Assembly: GCF_006345805.1 (NCBI RefSeq) | Contig: NC_042997.1 | Location: forward strand, 102,176,001-102,240,000 | Length of the DNA: 64,000 nucleotides | Origin: Octopus sinensis | Lineage: Eukaryota | Direction of reading: 5' to 3' | Shown: positions 55,750 to 64,000 of the stretch, piece after piece | Layout: the number at the start of each line of letters is the position of its first letter | Position numbering within the stretch: the first letter of the stretch is position 1 | Position numbers and translations under genes: made by a program | Notes under the pieces: generated by a model | What the model was told of the DNA's origin: nothing | Database searches by the model: none | What the model saw: only the letters and a program-made list of their open reading frames with translations

Positions 55750-56105
55750 ACGCAGGCATAGCTGTGTAGTTAAGAAGCTTGCTTTAAAACCACGTGGTTT
55801 CGGATTCGGTCCCACTGCGCGGTGCCTTGGGCAAATGTCTTCTACTAAAGCCTCGGCCCAACTCACCTTCTAAGTGAACTTGATCGACGAAAATTGTATG
55901 TGTTTGTGTGTTTATCCCCAAACATTGCTAGACAACCAATACTGGTTTGTTTACGTTTCTGTAGCTTAGCGGTTCGGGAAAAGGGATCAATAGAATAAAT
56001 TCCAGGTTTTAAAATAAGTACCAGGGTTGACTTGTTCTACTAAAACCCTTCATGCCCTAGCGTAGCCACAGTCCAATGACTGAAACAAGTAAAAAGATAA
56101 AATAA
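55750..56105 (+). mobile_element. SINE family B
   Basis: GCAGGCATAGCTGTGTAGTTAAGAAG head; CCTTGGGCAAATGTCTT; tail GAAACAAGTAAAAAGATAA. Confidence 0.85.
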
Positions 56106-56734
56106 TAAACTACACATATCGTAAACTAAGACTATGACAATGAAATATACAAATATCTCATATATTCATAAAACAGTGCACAACTTGTAACACAGTTGAC
56201 CACAAACTCAGTGTTAGAATATATTTCAACAACTCTAAAAAAACAATTTCTTTATTAATTCAAAATCATAAGATAGTAAGCCACTGAAAATACTACAGAC
56301 AATCAATGAAATATATAAATATGTTTTAATACAAAAAATGCTTAGCGGCATTTTGTCCGTTATATGATATGAGTTTAAATTCCACCGAGGTTGATTTTTC
56401 CTTTCCTCCTTTCGGGGTCGATAAAATAAGTGCTAATCATGCACTGGGATCAATGTAATCGATTTAAACTCTGCCGACCGAAATTGCTGGCCTTGTGCAA
56501 AAATTGTAAATCAGTATATATTTTAATACATAAAAGTGAACAAGAGGACCAGCTGGTAGGTAGAATCGTTACCGCGCCGGGCAAAATATTCAACGGCATT
56601 TCGTACGTCATTGCGTCCTGAATTCAAATTCCACCGAAACAAGACCGAGTAATGAGGCTAGCACGCACGCATGCGCGCTTGTAAAATAGTTCATGCGTGA
56701 GAAAGAAAATGCTTTGCAGTATTTTTTCTGGTTC

Positions 56735-56968
56735 AAGGCGGTGAGCTGGCAGAATCATTAGCACGCCAGGCGAAATGCTTAGCGGTATTTCGTCTGCCGC
56801 TACGTTCTGAGTTCAAATTCCGCCGAGGTCGACTTTGCCTTTCATCCTTCCGGGGTCGATTAAATAAGTACCAGTTACACACTGGGGTCGATATAATCAA
56901 CTTAATCCGTTTGTCTGTCCTTGTTTGTCCTCTCTATGTTTAGCTCCTTGTGAGTAGTAAAGAAATAG
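56735..56968 (+). mobile_element. Young SINE family A monomer inserted inside an older family A head
   Basis: TSD gtattttttctggttc (56719-56734) / gtatttttttatggttc (56969-56985); the older copy resumes with GTTCTGAGTTCAATTCC. Confidence 0.85.
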
Positions 56969-57247
56969 GTATTTTTTTATGGTTCTTTATGTTCTGAGTT
57001 CAATTCCCACTCAAGTCAACTTTTTCTTTCAACTTTGCCTTTCATCCTCTCGAGGCCGGTAAAATACCAATTGACTCAGGTCAATGAACTTGACTAAACC
57101 CCCATTCACCATAAAATTGCTAAAAATCTGAAACAATCATTATTATTATTTGGCTGTAGTACAGAATTAGTTACTTATTTTATTGACTCAAGAAGGATGA
57201 AAGTCAAAATCGACATTAGTAGAACTGAGTTCCACACGACATAATAT

Positions 57248-57462
57248 CGGTTTCAACTTTTGGCACAAGGCCAGCAATTTCATGGGAGGGGTAAGTCGAT
57301 TACATTGACCCCAGTGCTCAACTGGTACTTATTTTATCGACACTGAAAGAATGAAAGGCAAAGTCGACCTCAGCAGCATTTGAACACAGAGCGTAAAGAT
57401 GGTCGAAATGCTTAGCAGCATTTTGCCCAGCACGTTAACGATTCTGCCAGCTCGCCACCTGA
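57248..57462 (-). mobile_element. SINE family A monomer
   Basis: Head, B box and tail; direct repeat gacataatat at 57238-57247 and 57469-57478. Confidence 0.85.
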
Positions 57463-57819
57463 GCATGTGACATAATATTACTCACTAGAAATTGTAAGAG
57501 CCTCGTTATGAGTAAACAATCAAATAGATTATATATGTGTGTTCTATGCAACATTTTCTTAGTAATCTCTTTATTTATAATGTTTAAGAAATAAACGAAG
57601 GTAAATCTGAAAGGGTTCCCTAGTGATGAAAGGAGATAACCATTTCTTCATGATATGAGGCGGAATGATAAAATTGAATTAAAAATTAAGAGTTCACGAA
57701 GGAAAAATGCAGAGAACTCACATATAGAATTTATTTGTCTACTTATAACGAAACTCTTGCGATTTCTAGTAATATGTCACCATGAAGCACCAATTTCTCT
57801 TGGCTCTAGAAGAAAAGTG

Positions 57820-59239
57820 TCCTTTGCACATTTCTTTTTAGCATACTTTCATGTAATTCAAAAGAATGAAACTTTTGTTTTGCTCACAGCTTCCAATTCT
57901 TTTGAGTTCCAATTGTTTTCAGATTTGGTGTATTGATGTAGTTTTGCATGCTAATTATAGAAATGGAATTCATTTTCGTCATAGATTAACAAATAAAAAG
58001 CTAATAGCTTTCTTAAAGTTTACAGATTTCGGGTAATTTTAGCCAATCGAAAGCCACAGACATATTGGTGCTCGTTTCCATAGTAACAAGCCAACGTATA
58101 ATCTGCTTTCCAACCACGTATACTTTACCCATCTGTTGCTGTTCTGTCACTACAACATTTTTATAATTTTAAACTGTGTGTTTTGAGAAATGAACTGATA
58201 TTTTCGGTTGTGTTTACCTTGAAGAACTGGGAACGAGTTGATTACAGCAGCTATGTTCATGAAAATATGTGCGGAGGGTCTGCTCCGCAACCCAGTTCAG
58301 ATTGGTGGTCCTGGGAAGATTATTGAGGTAGAAGGAATAGTCTTCTCAAGATGTAAATACAACTGAGGAAGTGTGCTACCTGAGCAGTGGGCTTTTGGAA
58401 GAATGTTTCGCAAGGCCAGACATGTTTTTCTTTAAGCGGTACCATATCAAAATCGCGACACGTCAGATGAATGCATACGCCAATCGATTCTTGCAGGAGC
58501 CACAATTTTCAGTGATTTGTGGAGAACCTACTCTCACATTCTTGAAATTGATGGTTATAATTTTCGACATAGAACTAAACCACTGCGTTAGGTTTATTAA
58601 CTCGAATGATGGTACCCACACGTAACAAATGGAAAGCACATGCGCCTGTGTAAAATGGAGTAATAAACGACGCTGTGGCACCCACCATTCTATGGTTGAC
58701 TCGTATCTCTGAGAGTTTATATGGCGCAGGAGATACGAAAATTGTAATTTTCTTGACAAATTCCTAGTGTGTATCTCAAACTTTCGTTCTTGAATTTTCG
58801 CTACAAAAAATGTATTGTTTCCATGAATTCTTTTTTTTTTTCTTTGTAATTTAATGTTCAGTTTTCTTTTTTAATTTTGTAATTTTTCGCAAAAAAAATT
58901 GAGGATTTTCCTTTATATATTGTTTATATGGCTGTTCCAACATTTCACATGGCTTTATTCATTAAAACTTATTAAAACGTCCGTTGACTCGTCGTAATGA
59001 GTTATTTAATGTCATAAACAGCTACCAAGCACAAAATCCCAGCTTTCAAATCCTATTTTCTGATTGAATAAAAACAATCGAACTTCAAGCCTCTAATATT
59101 TTTCAAAAAAATTTCTTGAACATGTGAATAACAAAATCAGATTCAGCGTAAAAAATTACATCAATATACAAAGTTCGAAAATTTTCAGTTAATTTCAAAA
59201 TTTCAGAAACTGTGAGCGAAACAGAAAATATGCAAAGGA
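57820..59239 (+). mobile_element. Merlin (IS1016/ISXO2-like DDE) transposon remnant with degenerate long TIRs
   Basis: QIGGPGKIIEVE..FSRCKYN*G.VLPEQWAFG; GATIFSDLWRTY; NH…FINSNDGTHT*QMES; DSYL*EFIWRRRY; patchy TIR match 57820-57953 vs 59144-59239. Confidence 0.88.
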
Positions 59240-60041
59240 ATTTATTGTTATAGGTTGGGAAAATGCAGCAAGCCGGTAGAATCGTTATTGCGCCGGAGAA
59301 TATGCTTAGCGATTTTTTCCCTGGTACTTTACATTCTGAGTTTAAATTTCACCGAGGTCGACCTTGCTTTTCATCCTGTAGCAGTCAACAAAATAAGCAC
59401 CAGTTTGAGCACTGGGAGTCGATGTAATCGACTTGCACCCCGTCATTAAATTTCATTAAAATATTTATAGATTAGAAAGTCTCACGATTATTTCCTAAAT
59501 TTTCGCATGAAAAACATTATATATAGTGATCTATTGTTTAACTTCTAAGTTAGCTGTGCCCGAGCGCACTTATACCCATGGGTGTTCTAGATTTTACATC
59601 CATCGTTTTCTAAAATGTAGGACATTATCGAATGTGTTCTTTTTGAATAAAACAATAGGATGTGATTGGAGATGTGTTTGACTGCAGTTTCTAGCAAGTC
59701 GGGAGTTTATTGGAGGATTCCCCATAATCTTGTTGACGAATCCTTCATACTTCTTGATTCGCTTCTGTTTCTCCATTTTTAACTACAGCAGCCAACTTAC
59801 TGTTCACGAGCAAACGAAGAAGTTTATGTAATCAATCAACTTGGAAGAAATAGCAAACTCTCTCTCAAATCACGCCTTAAAGTCTTTATAAAAGAGTACA
59901 TTAAATAATGTAATCCTAGATATATTGCCTGAATGAAAGACAGAATGGTCAAGACTGGGACGCTTTTAATATATATGTTTAATCGATTACAGGTGATTTG
60001 AAACTAAATACCAGCTTTTTCTCTCTTTTTCCCTCTCCTTA

Positions 60042-60104
<63 letters not shown>

Positions 60105-61546
60105 GACTTCCTTTATAACAGCTCTTCTTCAAGCTGTTCAACAGAGGGAAATTTATTACTAAATCTATAATTTTCTACTTGGTCACCATATCTATGCAAG
60201 CGTAATTCTATGCCCTTTTTTTTCTTTTTTTCTTCTTTTCCTTGAAAATAAATCAATGTTATCTCAAGTAGACGGTGCCTTAATTCGACAACAACGGCAG
60301 CAGAAACTGCCAATCACCAACTGGGTGATCCAATTAGGTAACTTGACAGCATCCTAGTAAACACAAGGCAAAGTAATCGCTAACATTATTGTCTTTGACC
60401 TGTTTCTGGATTAGCTGACACGTTTATCTCTTTCTCTCTCTGACTCGCTCACGTTTTCTTTCCCCTCTCTCACTCTCTCTCTCATTTTCTCCCCACCTCT
60501 CTCTCTCTTTCTTTCTTTCTCTTTCATTCTTTCTCCCTATCTCTTACTATAACATTATAATGATTTGCTTCATTTAGAAGCTCTTTCACTAATTATTAAC
60601 ACTATCGTATCGCAAATATCTTTATCGTCTTCAACATTCCTGGCAAAAACGACAGTAACGCTTGTTAATACACCTCTATGACTTACTCCAACCACAGTGA
60701 ACCCACCAATTAGGAAGCTCTAGAGGGGTCACTCGACATACTTAAAATTTCCTTCGAGTTACACCCTGCAGTCTTTAAAGAAGGTATTAATACATTGGAT
60801 AAGTTAGCCCTAGTAAAACTATATCTGGAAATAAGTCGGAGTGAGTGTGCATAGAACATTTTTCATGATAGCTGTGCTCGAACTGTGTTGAGTTGGAGTT
60901 AACAAAACTTTCAAACTACGCTTAGTCTTCATATAGTAAAAACAGCTTTAAATATTTTCTAGTTTATGATGATATTACAATTTACAAGAAGTCTTTACAG
61001 CTGAAACTAGAATTTTAAATGTGACATAGGAAAATAGATCCCCTGTAGTTAATTGAGAAATAAGTCTTTTTTTTTCAGTTATGACACGTTGTATTTCCGT
61101 TGTGTTAGAAGTGGATATAATAGGGTATCACCCTGCAGCACTTACAGTCCTGTGCTTTCATAGACTGAGTTAGATCCTTGAAAGGAAAGAGAGAGTAAAG
61201 AAAGTGAGGGAGATAGAGAGAAAGAGAAAGTGAGAGAGACAGAGACAGAGAGAAAGAGAGAGTTCTACAAGAGTAGCAGCAAGCTCGAGAATACTGGCTT
61301 TAAGAATAATCGGGGGGTTAACATCAAGACTTACAGGTTGTTATTAACTGAAAAGTTATTTGCTCACGGTGAGACAGGTAAAGCAGCGAACTGGAGCTTG
61401 GGATCAGTTTTGTTGTGTGTACACAACGTGGGGCTGGGATAAAATAATTAACAATTGATATTAGGCAATAAGCACCTAAAGAAGACGAGAGAGGGACAAT
61501 TTTTAACAAATGTTGTCTTAATTAACGTTAAAAAGAAGGTAAAGAG

Positions 61547-61582
61547 TCTTGACGTTTCGGATGCTAGTCCTTCGTCAGAAAA
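61547..61582 (-). ncRNA. Minimal type-I hammerhead ribozyme motif with intact core
   Basis: Minus strand: tttt CTGACGA A GGA-CTAGCA-TCC GAAA CGTC AAGA; lies in a Penelope-like fragment (about 61290-61920). Confidence 0.65.
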
Positions 61583-61929
61583 ACATTGAGAAAAATGTGG
61601 AGAAAATAAGAAAGAATGAAAAAAGTGGTTGAAAAAGGTGGGGATAATGAGCATCAGCAAATGTGCTGTTCACAAATCTACCTCGGTAGAGGAATATTAA
61701 GCACAGTAAGCAGAGGTCCTCTCTGTAAAAGACTTGAAATTTATATATACTGAAGCAAACTGGGGAAGCAATTTAAAAATTGCAGTTGTCGAAAACCCGC
61801 CACTTGTGTGTATAGTATTACCATGTGTTTGTGAAAAAGGTGAAATGTTGATTGTTAGAAATAATATCATTGGGAAAGGAAAATGACGATTTAAAATTTT
61901 TTCCACGAGGGCAAACCTCGACTTTATTG

Positions 61930-62233
61930 GTATTTCTATAGATCTATTTTGCCGAAGCGCTTAGCTGCAGGGGTGTAAATAAATCATCACCGGTTATCAC
62001 GCGTGAGTGGGGCTGGAGGTGTGACATACACGGACAAAAAGACACATACACACAGAAACAAATTTTTATGACGAACTTCCACACAGTTGCCGCCTACCAA
62101 ATATCCTCAGAAGTCATTGATCGACCCGAAACAATAGTAGAAGATACTTGCTCAATGTGCCGCGCAATGGGACTGAACCAGAAAGAACACGGTTCCAAAG
62201 CGAGCTTCTTAACAACACAGCCATACCTGCGCC
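61930..62233 (-). mobile_element. SINE family B, diverged
   Basis: Reverse-complement head GCGCAGGTATGGCTGTGTTGTTAAGAAG and GGTTCAGTCCC. Confidence 0.75.
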
Positions 62234-62714
62234 TATTGATTCTTATTTTATTAATTTCGAGTGGATAAATGACAAAGACAAACAGAACAGGATTTGAATT
62301 CAGAACATAAAAATGATATAAACACTACAAAGTATTTATTTTATTTTATTCGACGCTCTACTGATTCTGCTACCCACATGAACCAAAAGAATTTCAAACA
62401 CAAAATTATTCTTCGCTATTGGTATTATTTACAGCTTTATATGTACTTCGAGAACCAATTCCCAAAAAGAATTTAGCCATGTGCTCTCGAAAGTTTATAA
62501 ATTCTTGTGACATCAACAACATAATGGTAGGAATAAAGCTTCTGAAACGTACAGATAAATTCGGAGGATTGCTTTGGTACAATGGCAGAACACCTGTCAT
62601 GTCTGCATGGGATGCGGGTTTGAGTTACACAGGTAGCCTTCGACTTTTGCTATCCTAAAATATTTTTCAACCCGATATTTACGTGTTATTATTTAGAACT
62701 TTATATGTGCTTCG

Positions 62715-63000
62715 ACACGTATGACCTATTGCTAGGGTGTTGTATTCATGATCATGATTTCAATTCCTAGACCGAGTGGTACGTTGTGTTCATGAGCAAA
62801 ACATTTCATCTCACGTTGCTCTGTAATCACTTCGATACCTGAAGCGTGGTACATCGTGCACCTGTTCAGGTAACATCGATTTCATGGAAGGAGCGCGCTA
62901 GTGTACATCACATACATTTGACCACTATAAACAATTCATTTGTGCAGATCGTCCGGCAAAAGCTGAACACTCACACGTCGTCTTCGATGGAAGAGTCCAT
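62715..63000 (+). mobile_element. SINE family C
   Basis: tRNA-like head and GTTGTGTTCATGAGCAAAACATTTCATCTCACGTTGCTC motif. Confidence 0.65.
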
Positions 63001-63486
63001 CATATGTACTTCGAGAAATAGTTTAAAAAATACTTTCGAATGTACTTTCGAAAATTTATTAATATTTTTTTTCTTTTTTCTTTTACTTCAACAAAATAAA
63101 ATTTCAACTCCCGTACAGGAATACGGTAGGAATGATATCGACTCCAGAAAATAGGAAGACAAAGAAAGAAGGTAACAAATAGCGTCTCAATGAGAGAAAG
63201 AAGGGAGAGGTAAAGAGAGAGAGAGAGAGAGAATCAGAGGTATATTGAGAGAAGGAGAGAGGGAGCAGACAGAAAACAGTTGAATAATTTGTGAATCTTT
63301 CCTTATAAAATGATGTTACGTATGTAGATGTTGTTGGCACTACATTGAAGAGACTTGCCAATGAAGGATTTGAACTAAATAAGCCCATTGAAATAGTTAT
63401 GAGTTAAAAATCATCCAACAAAATTTGTATGCTCGATGGTAAAAATGACATAAGTATCGTGTAAATAGTTATACGATATATTTCTT

Positions 63487-63577
63487 AATAAACTAAAGTT
63501 TATTTAAAATTTTAGTTTAAAATAAACTAAAGCTTATTTAAAATTTTAGTTTAAAATAAACTAAAGTTTATTTAAAA
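63487..63577. repeat. 34-bp minisatellite, about 2.7 copies, internally palindromic
   Basis: aataaactaaagtttatttaaaattttagtttaa units starting at 63487, 63521 and 63555. Confidence 0.92.
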
Positions 63578-64000
63578 GTTATGTATAACTAATTAGCATT
63601 GCTGGTGTCTTCTTCCTGATTTTTGTTTGTTTTTGTGTTGTTTTTTTTTTTACTACTTGTGTTCGAAAGTTTCGATTTGATGTCTTGGATCAGATAAACT
63701 ACCAATATATCTTTCTTAAAACTCAGGTAATTACAATATTAGACAGTTAACTTGACTAACAAATAACAATAAAATTCATACAAACCAAAACAACTTTTGA
63801 CAAATATTTTTGCGTAGTATTTTCAAAACATTATAAAAAGAGAGCTAAGAATTAAAACACGGAGAAACATTTTCTCTATAACAAGTATTAGTGATAGGAA
63901 AAGAATATTTATAAAAACACTTTTTGTTGTTACTTTCTTTTTAAAAAATCAATAAATTTCACGACTTTGTGTTGTACTTACTTGGTAGTGGCTTTGCCAA

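Overview
AT-rich, repeat-dense eukaryotic DNA. The SINE families and the compound (TA)/(TACA)/(GATA) microsatellites strongly suggest an Octopus genome (inferred, not proven). No complete host gene is visible. The best candidate is a short ATG-initiated exon on the minus strand (32524-32628), with a weaker second exon candidate near 7380-8033, so much of the window may be intronic. Most ORFs in the supplied track are microsatellite or repeat artefacts. Recognisable content: about 40 copies of three tRNA-derived SINE families; decayed Academ(XPG), maT-type, mariner, Merlin and hAT DNA transposons; several MITEs; RTE and R4/NeSL-type LINE fragments; a CsRn1-clade Gypsy remnant with a tRNA-Trp PBS; and several Penelope-like elements. 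Most interesting: (1) a set of minimal type-I hammerhead ribozyme motifs with covarying stem II in Penelope-type tails; (2) a SINE that forms 185-bp head-to-tail multimers through one fixed junction, moves as a multimer (TSD-flanked) and also inserts at that same site in older copies; (3) a loopless 171-bp palindrome and other fold-back structures near the candidate gene. Coordinates of decayed elements are approximate and all family calls come from motif recognition by eye, without database searches.
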